Source: an uncultured Verrucomicrobiota bacterium
GTDB taxonomy: Bacteria > Verrucomicrobiota > Kiritimatiellia > CAIQIC01 > Lenti-01
DNA: 64,000 nt
Assembly (NCBI GenBank): GCA_937860055.1
Contig: CALMBO010000029.1
Location: forward strand, 425,372 to 489,371
Direction: 5' to 3'
Shown here: positions 54,988-64,000 of the stretch, piece by piece
Layout of the letters: every line of letters begins with the position of its first letter
How positions within the stretch are numbered: position 1 is the stretch's first letter
Notes under the pieces: generated by a model
What the model saw: only the letters and a program-made list of their open reading frames with translations
Told to the model about the DNA's origin: nothing
Database searches by the model: none
Made by a program: the position numbers and the translations under genes

Positions 54988-57318
54988 ATGGGCTTGAAGG
55001 AATCGTTCGAGGCGCGCTTCTTCCCTCTCACCTACGGGCGCGTGGCGCTACTGGCCTTCCTCTGGCTGCTGGTGGGGTTCGCCCTCGGCACCGAAACGCT
55101 GATGGGACCCGTGCGCTGGACCACCGACTGGGCGCGCAGCCACGGCTGGACCTGGCAGCGGGAGGAAGCCAATGTCCGCGCCATCATCGCGCTTTTCGTC
55201 GCGGGTTCGTTCCTGGTCTCCCTGTGCCTGGCCCGGATCCTCGATCGCTCGCGCCGCCGGGACGTCCGCCTCGGCATCCCCCTGCTGGCGATGGCCGCGG
55301 CCGGAGCCTCGCTGTTCTTCTGGCTCAACCCGCAGCGCTTCGCCTCGGATGGAGCCGACTGGCTGGAAAACGATTCGGGGGCGGAATTCACCGTCGGCCC
55401 CTATCCCGCCGGGGACCGCATGGCCGAATTGAAGCACCGCGGCTTCACCGCCGTCATCTCGCTGCTCCATCCCGCCGTGGTCCCGTTCGAACCCGCCCTG
55501 CTGGCCGAAGAACGGGCCGCGGCGGAAAAGGCCGGCATCGAGCTCATCCACCTGCCCATGCTGCCGTGGGTGAGCGAAAACCGCGAAATGCTCGACCGGG
55601 CGCGCGGCCTGGTCGGCACCGGCGGCCGCTACTACATCCATTGCTATCTCGGCAAGGACCGCGTCACCCTGGTGCGCCAGGTGATCGAAAAAGCGGGCGG
55701 CACGGTCGCCGGGACCGGGACGGAAGGCGAAGGCGCGCCGCCGCGCGTCCGCGACCTGCGCGACCTTCCCCGCTTCGAGCGCGGCCCCTTCACCGAGCTG
55801 GAACCGGACGTGTGGCTGATTCCCCTCCCGACCGACGAGGAATACCTCGGGTTCGTGCTATCGGCGCGCCCCCGGAACATCGTGTCGCTCCTGAATCCGG
55901 ACAACGGGGATGACCGGAGCTGGATCGAAAAAGAACGCCGGATGCTGGAAGCCGCCGGCGTGGCGTTCACCGTCGAAGGAATCGGCGCCAGACCGTTCTC
56001 GCCCGAAACCGTCCTCTCCCTCGCACGGAAGGTGCGGCAGATGGAACGGCCTGTCATGGTCCACGGCTTCCAGACGCCCTCGGTGGAGAGCGACGCGTTT
56101 TTGCAGGCCTACCGCTCCGACCGCCCTCCCCTCCCCCCGTCGCTGTTCGCAGAGCCGCTCGCCGTCGGCACCGTCGAGGTGATTGCTCCGAACATCGCGA
56201 AGGGCGGAATCCCGCTGGAACCCGGCGCGTTGGCCCAGCTGGCGGAGCGCGGCGTGCGCCATTTCATCTATTGCGACCGGATCGAGGCGGTCTCGGCCGG
56301 GATCCAGTCCGACATGGCGAAGGCGGCCGGCGTGGAGTGGTCGGTGTGGCCGCCGGACGCGGCGGCGCCGGCGGATCTCGCGGCCGGCGGGCCGTGGTAT
56401 GTCTACGGCCCCTTCGCCGACAGGCGGACCCACGAGCTCGCGGCGGCCCATGGCCCTGCGATCCCGGAAGTGCTGGCGCCGGGGCTTGCCCGCGCCGCCG
56501 CGGAAGAGGCGCCGGATGCGGAAGCCGCCTGCGCCCCGGCGGCGCCTTCCCTGCGCGATGGGTGGAAGCCCTGGGCGCTGGCCCAGCGGGACCGCCTCCT
56601 GCCGCCGCTGAAGATGTGGCTCCTGCTGTCGCCCTTCCTCCTGCTGTATGCGGGATCCTGCGCCGCGTGGGCGGGGTGGCTCAGGCAATCCAAAGGCGTC
56701 CGCACCCCCTATACGCGAAAGATCTTCCACTTCGCCATCTTCACCATGGCGGGCCTTCTCCAACTGGTGGCCGGCGTCCAGGCCGTGATGCTGTTCGGCG
56801 GCATCACCAGCCTCTGCGTGCTCTATGCCGTGTTCCGCGGCGCCGGCTTTCCCTTCTACGAGGCCATGGCCCGCCCCACGGACGAACCGCACCGGACCTT
56901 CTTCATCCTGGTTCCGCTCGCCACGACCGCGCTGGGCGGGTTGCTCTCCAACCTGTTCTTCGGCTCCTGGGCGGCGGTCGGGTATCTGGTGGGCGGCTGG
57001 GGCGATGCCGTCGGCGAACCTTTCGGGACGGCCTTCGGCAAGCATCGCTATCGCGTTCCGTCGCTGCTGGGCGTGCGCGTCACGCGGAGCCTCGAAGGTT
57101 CGGCGGCCGTCTTCGGGGCCGGCTTCCTCGGAGCGATGCTGATCCTCGTCCTGGGCGGCACCCCTCCGGCCACCGCCATCGTCGCGGCGCTGGCGTGCGC
57201 GGCCGCCGGCATGGCCGTGGAGGCGGTATCCAGCCATGGCCTCGACAACCTCACGACGCAACTGGCTTCTTCCGCAACGGCTTGGGTCATTCTTGAAATC
57301 TGGCGGTTTTCTATTTGA
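54988..57318 (+). CDS. Fusion of N-terminal TMs, PTP/dual-specificity-phosphatase-like domains and a phytol/dolichol-kinase-type (CTP-dependent) membrane domain
   Basis: YIHCYLGKDR (HCxxGxxR); degenerate second copy VMVHGFQTPS; C-terminal TRKIFH, GWGDAVGEPFG..FGKH, RSLEGS, E......DNL. Confidence 0.82.
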   Translation: MGLKESFEARFFPLTYGRVALLAFLWLLVGFALGTETLMGPVRWTTDWARSHGWTWQREEANVRAIIALFVAGSFLVSLCLARILDRSRRRDVRLGIPLLAMAAAGASLFFWLNPQRFASDGADWLENDSGAEFTVGPYPAGDRMAELKHRGFTAVISLLHPAVVPFEPALLAEERAAAEKAGIELIHLPMLPWVSENREMLDRARGLVGTGGRYYIHCYLGKDRVTLVRQVIEKAGGTVAGTGTEGEGAPPRVRDLRDLPRFERGPFTELEPDVWLIPLPTDEEYLGFVLSARPRNIVSLLNPDNGDDRSWIEKERRMLEAAGVAFTVEGIGARPFSPETVLSLARKVRQMERPVMVHGFQTPSVESDAFLQAYRSDRPPLPPSLFAEPLAVGTVEVIAPNIAKGGIPLEPGALAQLAERGVRHFIYCDRIEAVSAGIQSDMAKAAGVEWSVWPPDAAAPADLAAGGPWYVYGPFADRRTHELAAAHGPAIPEVLAPGLARAAAEEAPDAEAACAPAAPSLRDGWKPWALAQRDRLLPPLKMWLLLSPFLLLYAGSCAAWAGWLRQSKGVRTPYTRKIFHFAIFTMAGLLQLVAGVQAVMLFGGITSLCVLYAVFRGAGFPFYEAMARPTDEPHRTFFILVPLATTALGGLLSNLFFGSWAAVGYLVGGWGDAVGEPFGTAFGKHRYRVPSLLGVRVTRSLEGSAAVFGAGFLGAMLILVLGGTPPATAIVAALACAAAGMAVEAVSSHGLDNLTTQLASSATAWVILEIWRFSI

Positions 57319-57368
57319 TTACTAGACATTTGGCGGTAGATTCTTCTCTCCGATAGGAATTACATCAA

Positions 57369-58496
57369 ATGAGAGCGTGGTCCTCGCCAGTTCAAACCGG
57401 AAGCTACGTCACCGATGTCGTCCTGTGCGCCTTCTTCATCCTGTTTGTCTTCATGGTCCTTGTGACGGCCTACGCCTTTCTCCGCCGCCTGCGCAACAAT
57501 GCCCTCCGCGACCGGATGTTCGCCCATACTCCCGCCTATTACCACCTGATCCAGTCCATCCAGGCGGGACAGATCGTTTCCGACGGGGAAATCCAGGCGG
57601 AAATCCCCCGGTCGGATTTCGGCGTTTTCGAGCTCTATCTCCGTGAACGGCTGGTCACGACGGGCACAGATCCCTTCGCCGAGCGCCACATGGCCAACGC
57701 CTGCGGATTCCTGCCCGCGGTCCGGAAGAAGGTCCGCCGGCACCGGAACTGGGCAAAGGCCGCCCACCTCCACATGCTGGCTCTCCTGCGGGATCCGGCC
57801 GATCTGGATCTGTTCCTCGATGTCCTCGAACACGACAACCATCCTTCCTGCATCTTCGCCGCCGCCATCGGACTTGCGCTCGGAGGGCACATCGCCTCGC
57901 TTCCCCGCATCGTGGCCCGGCTCTACAACCCGGCCACCCCCAACCGCGACCAGCTGCTCCTGGTCCTGGCCGCCTACGGCCCCGGCCGGGCGCCGGATTT
58001 CGTCGGATTCCTCCCCTCGCCCGACCTGCCCGATGCGGCGGCGGGCGTGCTGGCGGACATCCTCGGCTCGTGGAACCACGCCCCGGCGAAAAACGCCCTG
58101 GAACTCCGCCTGGCCTCGGCCAGCGATGGCGACCTGAAGAGCCACCTGATCGCAGCGCTGGAAATCGTGGGCGACCGCTCCACCTGCGGCGCGCTGCGGC
58201 CCTATCTCCAGGATCCCGATTTCCGCGTGCGCCTCAAGACGATCAATGCCCTGGAACATCTGGGCGGCCGGGAATTCCTGCCGGAAGCCAGGGCCCTGAT
58301 GGACGACCCCACCCCCTGGGTGCGGCGCAATGCCGCCGAAGTCCTCCTGCGCATGGGGGACGAAGGGCGCCGGATCCTGGAAGCCATGGCGGTTTCTTCA
58401 AACGATGAACAGCGCCCGGTCGCGAAACTGGCGCTGGCGGAAGACCGGTTCGGCCGGATCCGCGGGAGGTTCAGGCATGCGCAGCTTCCTGCTTGA
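57369..58496 (+). CDS. Membrane-anchored HEAT-repeat protein
   Basis: N-terminal TM; L.DPDFRVR..INALEHLG and DDPTPWVRRNAAEVL..MG. Confidence 0.85.
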   Translation: MRAWSSPVQTGSYVTDVVLCAFFILFVFMVLVTAYAFLRRLRNNALRDRMFAHTPAYYHLIQSIQAGQIVSDGEIQAEIPRSDFGVFELYLRERLVTTGTDPFAERHMANACGFLPAVRKKVRRHRNWAKAAHLHMLALLRDPADLDLFLDVLEHDNHPSCIFAAAIGLALGGHIASLPRIVARLYNPATPNRDQLLLVLAAYGPGRAPDFVGFLPSPDLPDAAAGVLADILGSWNHAPAKNALELRLASASDGDLKSHLIAALEIVGDRSTCGALRPYLQDPDFRVRLKTINALEHLGGREFLPEARALMDDPTPWVRRNAAEVLLRMGDEGRRILEAMAVSSNDEQRPVAKLALAEDRFGRIRGRFRHAQLPA

Positions 58497-59889
58497 TTTC
58501 CTCTACGGATTCCAGTGGTTCATCTTCTGGTTCTTCGTCGCCCTGCACATGTTCTACATGCTGTTGCTCGCGGTTTCGGCGCGCACCTCCTGGCAGCATG
58601 TGCTCCGGCAGAAGATCGACCGCAGCCTGCGGTTCCCCAAGGGCTTCGACCGCCCCTTCTCGGTGCTGGTGCCGTGCTACAACGAGGAGGTCTCCATCGT
58701 CGAGTCCATCCGCGCGATGCTCTCGCTGGACTACCCCGAGTTCGAGGTGATCGTCTGCAACGACGGCTCCGCCGACCGGACGCTGGAACGCCTGGTCGAC
58801 GCGTTTCAGCTCCAGCCGGTCGACGTCGAGGTCGAACGCCGCTTCCCGGGAAAGCCGATCCGCGCGGTGTACTTCTCCCAAGTGGATCCCCGCCTCATCG
58901 TCGTCGACAAGGAAAACGGCGGCAAGGCCGATGCGCAGAACACCTCCGCCTGCTTCGCCCGCTATCCCTATGTCTGCGCGACGGATGCCGACTCCCTCCT
59001 GGCCAGCGACAGCATGAAGCGCCTGATGCGCCGGTTCGTGGCCGTCCCGGACATGGTGGCGGCCGGCGGCGTCGTCCGGCTCGCCAACGGATGCGTGGTC
59101 CGCCACGGCCAGATCCTCCAGGCCCGCATGCCCCGCGGCACCCTGGAAGCCATCCAGGTCGTCGAATATTTCCGGGCCTTCCTCTTCGGCCGCCTCGGCT
59201 GGTCCGAAATGGACATCATGATGATCATCTCCGGCGCCTTCGGGGTGTTCCGGCGCGACTTCCTGGAACGCGTCGGCGGCTGGAACACCAAGGCCATCGG
59301 GGAGGACATGGACCTGGTCCTGCGAATGCAGCGGCAGATCAGCCACGACCGGAAGCCGTACAAGATTGGCTTCGTCCCCGATCCCCTCTGCTGGACCCAG
59401 GCCCCGACCACCCTTTCCGACCTCTCCGCGCAGCGCGACCGCTGGCAGCGCGGGCTCATGCAATGCCTGTTCGGCAACATGGACATGCTGTTCAACCCCC
59501 GCTACGGATCGGTCGGCTTCGTGGGCTTCCCCTACTTCCTCGTCTTCGAGATGTTCGGCGCCTTGATCGAACTCGTCGGCATTCCCATCACCATTCTCTG
59601 CTACCTCCTGGGCATCGTGAACATGCACTTCCTCCTGCTCTTCCTCGCCGTGGCGCTGATGTGGGGCGTGGGAATCTCCTTCACCTCCATCGCGCTCGCG
59701 GAGATTTCCCACCGGCGCTACGAGGGATGGCGCGATTTCCTGGCGCTGTTCCGCGCCGCCGTCCTCGAGAATTTCGGCTACCGCCAGCTCCATGCCTTCT
59801 GGCGGCTGAAAGGCATGTTCCGGTACGTGTTCGGAGACCACAAGGATTGGGGCTCGATCCGGCGGACGGGCTTCAATCCGGCATCATAG
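58477..59889 (+). CDS. Processive GT2 glycosyltransferase (PgaC/IcaA/YaiP-like)
   Basis: VPCYNEE, NDGS.D, KENGGKADA, TDADS, GEDMD, QRDRW; flanking TM helices; GGAGG RBS. Confidence 0.93.
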   Translation: MRSFLLDFLYGFQWFIFWFFVALHMFYMLLLAVSARTSWQHVLRQKIDRSLRFPKGFDRPFSVLVPCYNEEVSIVESIRAMLSLDYPEFEVIVCNDGSADRTLERLVDAFQLQPVDVEVERRFPGKPIRAVYFSQVDPRLIVVDKENGGKADAQNTSACFARYPYVCATDADSLLASDSMKRLMRRFVAVPDMVAAGGVVRLANGCVVRHGQILQARMPRGTLEAIQVVEYFRAFLFGRLGWSEMDIMMIISGAFGVFRRDFLERVGGWNTKAIGEDMDLVLRMQRQISHDRKPYKIGFVPDPLCWTQAPTTLSDLSAQRDRWQRGLMQCLFGNMDMLFNPRYGSVGFVGFPYFLVFEMFGALIELVGIPITILCYLLGIVNMHFLLLFLAVALMWGVGISFTSIALAEISHRRYEGWRDFLALFRAAVLENFGYRQLHAFWRLKGMFRYVFGDHKDWGSIRRTGFNPAS

Positions 59890-59898
59890 GAAACCACC

Positions 59899-61140
59899 AT
59901 GAAAACCGCATTCCAGGCGATGGGACAGGCGGCAGCGGTCGCCGCCGCGGTGCTGGCGATGGCGATTCCCGCCGCCGCCCGGGAACCCGCCGAAAGCTAC
60001 GAAAGCCGCCTCCAACAGGCGACCGAATACCGCCTCGCGGGCAAAACCCGGGAAGCCGTGGAAATCTTCAACCAGATGCTCGAGATCAAGCCCGAGGATG
60101 CCGATGCGCTGGTCGGCCGGGGCTTCTGCCGCCTGCGGGACGGCAACCCGGACCTGGCCCTCGAGGATTTCCGGAAAACCATCGCCGTTTCCTCCAACTA
60201 TGTCGATGCCTATGTCGGCGCCTCCGCCGCCTATCGCCGCATGGGCCAGCCCCGGCGCTCCCGGGAGATCCTGGACGATTGCGCCAAAGCCTGCGCCGGC
60301 CGAACCAACAGCCTGAAGTATCTCGCCGAATCCGCCTGGCGCGAAGGCCACTTCCAGCTGGCCCGCTCCCTCGATGCCCGCCATCCCCGGAACCCGGACC
60401 GCACCCTCGTCCCCCGCCCCAACACCGTCTACCTGACCTATTCACACGACTGGCCCAAATACGGCGATGAATGGGATTCCATCGGCTTCACCTTCGCCCG
60501 GCGGGAACGCCCGGACCTTTCGTGGTCGCTCGGCGCCAAGGAATACAGCCGCTACGGCACCACCGACTTCGATCTCTCCGCCGGCCTGACCTACCGGCAC
60601 CGCGATTGGCTGGGTGCCTCCTACAACGGCGTCTTTTCCGACGACCCCGGCTTCCTCGCCCGGCAAAAACACCGCCTCGAACTGACTTCCGGGCTTTGGC
60701 GGGGGGCCAGCCTCGGCGTCGGCACGGATCTGTCCTACTATGACGGCCCCCGCTGGTCCCGCCGCGGCCTGCTCGACCTGCGGCAGGGCATCGGCAACTG
60801 GTTCGCCAAGGCGGGCCTCAGCGCCGGACAAGACTCCAACGACAAGGACGTGTTCAGCTACTCCGTCGGCGCCGGTTATGAAAAAGAATCCCGCTACGCC
60901 ATCGCCCTTTCCTATGGAAACGGCAACGAAACCGTCGAAATCGAAACCGCCGATGGTTTCGATTTCCGGGACGACGACGTGGAATCCCTCTCCCTTTCCT
61001 GCCGCTATTATTTCAAGCCCGAGATCGGCGTGATGTTCGGCGGCTCCCACGAATGGCGCAACGGCGAGGATTTCCGCGACGGCGTGTTCCTCTCCCTCTT
61101 CACCAGCTTCCCGGGCCATTTCTGGCCGTTCTTCCGCTGA
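59899..61140 (+). CDS. TPR plus outer-membrane beta-barrel protein (YaiO-like)
   Basis: Signal peptide, TPRs (PEDADALVGRG, NYVDA), then aromatic-rich alternating beta strands. Confidence 0.75.
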   Translation: MKTAFQAMGQAAAVAAAVLAMAIPAAAREPAESYESRLQQATEYRLAGKTREAVEIFNQMLEIKPEDADALVGRGFCRLRDGNPDLALEDFRKTIAVSSNYVDAYVGASAAYRRMGQPRRSREILDDCAKACAGRTNSLKYLAESAWREGHFQLARSLDARHPRNPDRTLVPRPNTVYLTYSHDWPKYGDEWDSIGFTFARRERPDLSWSLGAKEYSRYGTTDFDLSAGLTYRHRDWLGASYNGVFSDDPGFLARQKHRLELTSGLWRGASLGVGTDLSYYDGPRWSRRGLLDLRQGIGNWFAKAGLSAGQDSNDKDVFSYSVGAGYEKESRYAIALSYGNGNETVEIETADGFDFRDDDVESLSLSCRYYFKPEIGVMFGGSHEWRNGEDFRDGVFLSLFTSFPGHFWPFFR

Positions 61141-61235
61141 TCCCGACGCTCCGGCCGGAAAACAGGAACAGCTCCGCACGACGGACTTGACCTCCCCCCG
61201 GCGGGGTCCGATATTGTCCATGGAGGGCCACAGCC

Positions 61236-62351
61236 ATGGACAAGCCGGAGGAAATGGCGGAAACAGAAGGGGCGAGCCTGGGCGAACGGCTGGAATCCCT
61301 GCACCGGCAGCTCCTCCGGGAAGTCCCGCAGGTGGACCGGATCGGATGCGCCCTCTATGACCGCGGGGAGGATCTGCTCAAGACCTTCGTCAACAGCACC
61401 CTCTCCGGCGAGGCGCTCAAGGGCTATGAATTCCGGATGTCCGACAGCCATGCCTTGAACGACATGGCCCAAAGCGGACGCCGGCGCCTGCTGGCCGACA
61501 TCCCCGCCTCGCTCTCGCCCTCCACCGCCCATTCCCGCTGGGTGCTGAAGGAAGGCTACCGCTCCTCCCTGACCGTCCCGATGTACGGCCAGGGCGCCTT
61601 CATCGGATTCCTTTTCTTCGATTCCCGGCGGCCCGACGCCTTTTCCCCCGCCGACCAGCGACAGCTCCTGATCTATGCCAACCTCATCTCCCTGCTGGTT
61701 TCCTTCGAACTCCTCTCCATCCGGGCGCTCGCCGGCTCCGTGGACATGGCGCGCGCGTTCTGCGACCTGCGCGATTTCGAAACCGGCGCCCACCTCGAAC
61801 GCATGTCCCGCTATTCCCGCCTCATGGCAAAGGAAATCGCCCCGGACCTGAGCCTCTCCGACGAATTCGTCGAGCATGTCTTCCTCTTCTCCCCCCTCCA
61901 CGACGTCGGTAAGATCGGCATCCCCGACCACATCCTCCTGAAACCCGGCAAGCTGGAGGGCGAAGAGTGGGAAACCATGAAGTCGCACGTGGCACGCGGC
62001 TGCGCGGTCATCGACAAAATGGTCGAGGACCTCTCCCTTCACCGCCTGCCGAACATCTCCATCCTGCGGAACATCGTTGAATTCCACCACGAATATCTGG
62101 ATGGCAGCGGTTACCCGAAAGGAGCGTGCGGCGAGGATATCCCCCTCGAGGCCCGCCTCACCACCGTCGCCGACATCTTCGACGCCTTGACCTCCCGGCG
62201 CCCCTACAAGGACGCCTGGCCCGTCGAAAAAGCCCTGGCTGAACTCGACCGGCTTGCCACCGGGGGAAAGCTCGATCCCCTCGCCGTCGGGGCGCTCCGG
62301 CGCCGCGAAGCGGACGTCCGCCCCATCCTCGAAAAATACGCCGAATCCTAA
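61236..62351 (+). CDS. GAF plus HD-GYP cyclic-dinucleotide phosphodiesterase
   Basis: SSLTVPM...GFLFFDS (GAF); ETGAHLERM, LHDVGKIG, HHEYLDGSGYP, ADIFDAL..RRPYK. Confidence 0.93.
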   Translation: MDKPEEMAETEGASLGERLESLHRQLLREVPQVDRIGCALYDRGEDLLKTFVNSTLSGEALKGYEFRMSDSHALNDMAQSGRRRLLADIPASLSPSTAHSRWVLKEGYRSSLTVPMYGQGAFIGFLFFDSRRPDAFSPADQRQLLIYANLISLLVSFELLSIRALAGSVDMARAFCDLRDFETGAHLERMSRYSRLMAKEIAPDLSLSDEFVEHVFLFSPLHDVGKIGIPDHILLKPGKLEGEEWETMKSHVARGCAVIDKMVEDLSLHRLPNISILRNIVEFHHEYLDGSGYPKGACGEDIPLEARLTTVADIFDALTSRRPYKDAWPVEKALAELDRLATGGKLDPLAVGALRRREADVRPILEKYAES

Positions 62352-62417
62352 CCCCCGCCCGCGGATCCGCCCCGTTCCGCCACCGGGCAACCCGCGTCCA
62401 TGGCGGATCCCGTGGAA

Positions 62418-63002
62418 TCACCGCACCAGGTCGCAGGCCTCCGGCGGCATCCAGTGCTTGTCCTTCCCCTCCCATTTCACGTTGCAACCGATCGGATTCG
62501 TCACCGGCACGCGGACCGGCCGGCCCGACGCAATGTCCTCCAGCGCGCGCTCGAGATCGTTCACGGTCGCCTTCCCCGGCTCGCGCGGGTTGTCCAGGGC
62601 CCGTCCCGTGTAGACCAGCCGGCGCCCGCGGTCGAACACGAAGAAATGCGGCGTGCGAAGCGCCCCGTACGCCCGCGCCACGTCCTGCGGCTCGTCGTGC
62701 AGATAGACCCACGGAAAGTGGAATTCCTCCATCCGCCCCACCATGTGCGCGAAATCGTCCTCCGCGTAGGTGTGCCGGCTGTTGGAGTTGATCCCCACGA
62801 ACCGCACGCCCCGCCCCTGGAATTTCTCCGCGGTCGCCCGCGTGGCTTCGTCCGATCCGAGCACATAGGGGCAATGGTTGCAGGTGAAAAACACCACCAG
62901 CGTCTCCGCCTCCGCGAAGTCCGCCAGCGAATACCTTTTCCCGTCCGTCGCCGGCAGATTGAAATCCGGCGCCTTCGCTCCGATCTCCAATGTGAATGCC
63001 AT
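62418..63002 (-). CDS. Thioredoxin-fold AhpC/TSA-family protein
   Basis: [35 protein letters not shown]; GGAGG RBS. Confidence 0.92.
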   Translation of the reverse strand: MAFTLEIGAKAPDFNLPATDGKRYSLADFAEAETLVVFFTCNHCPYVLGSDEATRATAEKFQGRGVRFVGINSNSRHTYAEDDFAHMVGRMEEFHFPWVYLHDEPQDVARAYGALRTPHFFVFDRGRRLVYTGRALDNPREPGKATVNDLERALEDIASGRPVRVPVTNPIGCNVKWEGKDKHWMPPEACDLVR

Positions 63003-63085
63003 GGCCGGCCTCCTTTCGCCTTCTATCCGCAAGATACCCCCGCTTTTCCGGCGCCGCAGAAAATTTTCCCCGTTTTTCCTTCAAG

Positions 63086-63129
63086 AAAAAAAAAGGGGGG
63101 GGCGCCCCGGGGCAGAGGGACGAGGCCCC
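63086..63129 (-). terminator. Possible terminator after waaA
   Basis: GC-rich imperfect stem followed by C8-T9 on the minus strand. Confidence 0.4.
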
Positions 63130-64000
63130 TTATCCCGCCACGCGCGCCGCGAGGACGCGCTGCGCCATCAGACGGGTGGCGCCGGCCTTGCGGACGACCA
63201 GGTCGGAGGCGGCTCGGCCCAGGCGCTCGCGTTCCGCCGTGTCGCTCAAAAGGCGCGCCACGAGGACCCTCAGTTCGTTGACGTCCTTCGCCTGCGCCCA
63301 GGCCCGCGCCTCGATGAAATCCTGCGCAATGGCGGGGAAATTCTCCATGTGCGGACCGACGACGATGGGCTTGCCGTCCCGCGCGGGCTCGATGGGGTTC
63401 TGCCCCCCCGTTTGCGTCAGGCTCTTGCCCACGAACACCACGTCCGCCGCCGCATAGAAGCCGCGCAATTCGCCGGTGGTATCCACCAGCAGCACGTCGG
63501 GACGCCGCGCGGGCGCCGCGGCGCTGTCGGGGAACTGGCTGCGCTGGATGACGCCCAGTTCCCGCTTCCGGATTTCCTCCAGCACGTCCTCCCGCCGCTC
63601 CGCATGGCGCGGCACCAGGACGAGCAGCAGGCCCGGATAGGCTTTTTTCGCGTCGCGGTAGAGATCGAGCAGCGCTTCTTCCTCCCCCTCCCATGTCGAG
63701 CCGCCCACCAGCACCGGCTGGCCGGGCTTCACGCCGATCTTCGCCAGCACCGCCCGCGCGCGCGCCTCCGCCGTCGGCGCCGTCGGCCCGATGTCGTATT
63801 TCGCGCTGCCGGTGATTTCCACGCGGTCCGCCGGCGCGCCCAGCGCCAGCAGGCGGTCGCGGTCGGCCGGACTCTGCACGCAGAACCAGTGGATCTCCGG
63901 CAGCAGGCGCCGGGTGATGAACCGGATCTTGCGGTAGCCGCCGAACGAGTGCTCCGAGATGCGGCCGTTGATCATCACCGTCGGAATGCCCTGCTTCCGC
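63130..64000 (-). CDS. waaA: Kdo transferase WaaA; 5' truncated
   Basis: INGRIS..S, TGSAKYD, GSTWEGEE, VPRHAER, DTTGEL, GGQNPIEP, GPHMENF. Confidence 0.93.
   Translation of the reverse strand, partial: RKQGIPTVMINGRISEHSFGGYRKIRFITRRLLPEIHWFCVQSPADRDRLLALGAPADRVEITGSAKYDIGPTAPTAEARARAVLAKIGVKPGQPVLVGGSTWEGEEEALLDLYRDAKKAYPGLLLVLVPRHAERREDVLEEIRKRELGVIQRSQFPDSAAAPARRPDVLLVDTTGELRGFYAAADVVFVGKSLTQTGGQNPIEPARDGKPIVVGPHMENFPAIAQDFIEARAWAQAKDVNELRVLVARLLSDTAERERLGRAASDLVVRKAGATRLMAQRVLAARVAG

Overview
High-GC bacterial chromosome segment, most consistent with a PVC-superphylum anaerobe such as Kiritimatiellae/Lentisphaerae. This placement is inferred from the Chlamydia-type V-ATPase operon, the UVR-motif protein and the Thr/Asn-rich surface proteins. 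About 50 CDS; I saw no rRNA, tRNA, CRISPR array or transposase. In order: end of a thiamine operon (His-type thi4, thiE, thiC); V/A-type ATPase operon E-X-A-B-D-I-K with a Na+-type c-ring motif; a lower-GC orphan membrane protein; aminotransferase plus orphan PstS-like protein; a GEVED-repeat surface protein; a stand-alone signal-peptide toxin-type deaminase at the end of a four-gene phosphorelay; NupC; a 1604-aa secreted GH13; housekeeping genes (HD hydrolase, MFS, FabK, Idi, HMG-CoA reductase, YjbQ, two CNNM proteins, KdsD, Rnk, ferredoxin reductase, LpxC, DegT, GNAT, WaaA); two paralogous surface proteins; and a cluster of PTP-phosphatase/polyprenol-kinase fusion, HEAT protein, processive GT2, TPR-beta-barrel and GAF-HD-GYP. 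Best leads: (1) a shared C-terminal Y..L..W..D..RxYRV domain on unrelated secreted proteins, a candidate sorting signal; (2) the HEAT-GT2-barrel-HD-GYP putative exopolysaccharide system with its lipid kinase/phosphatase fusion; (3) the orphan exported RxxDxExK deaminase. All functional calls come from motifs read by eye; no database searches were run.
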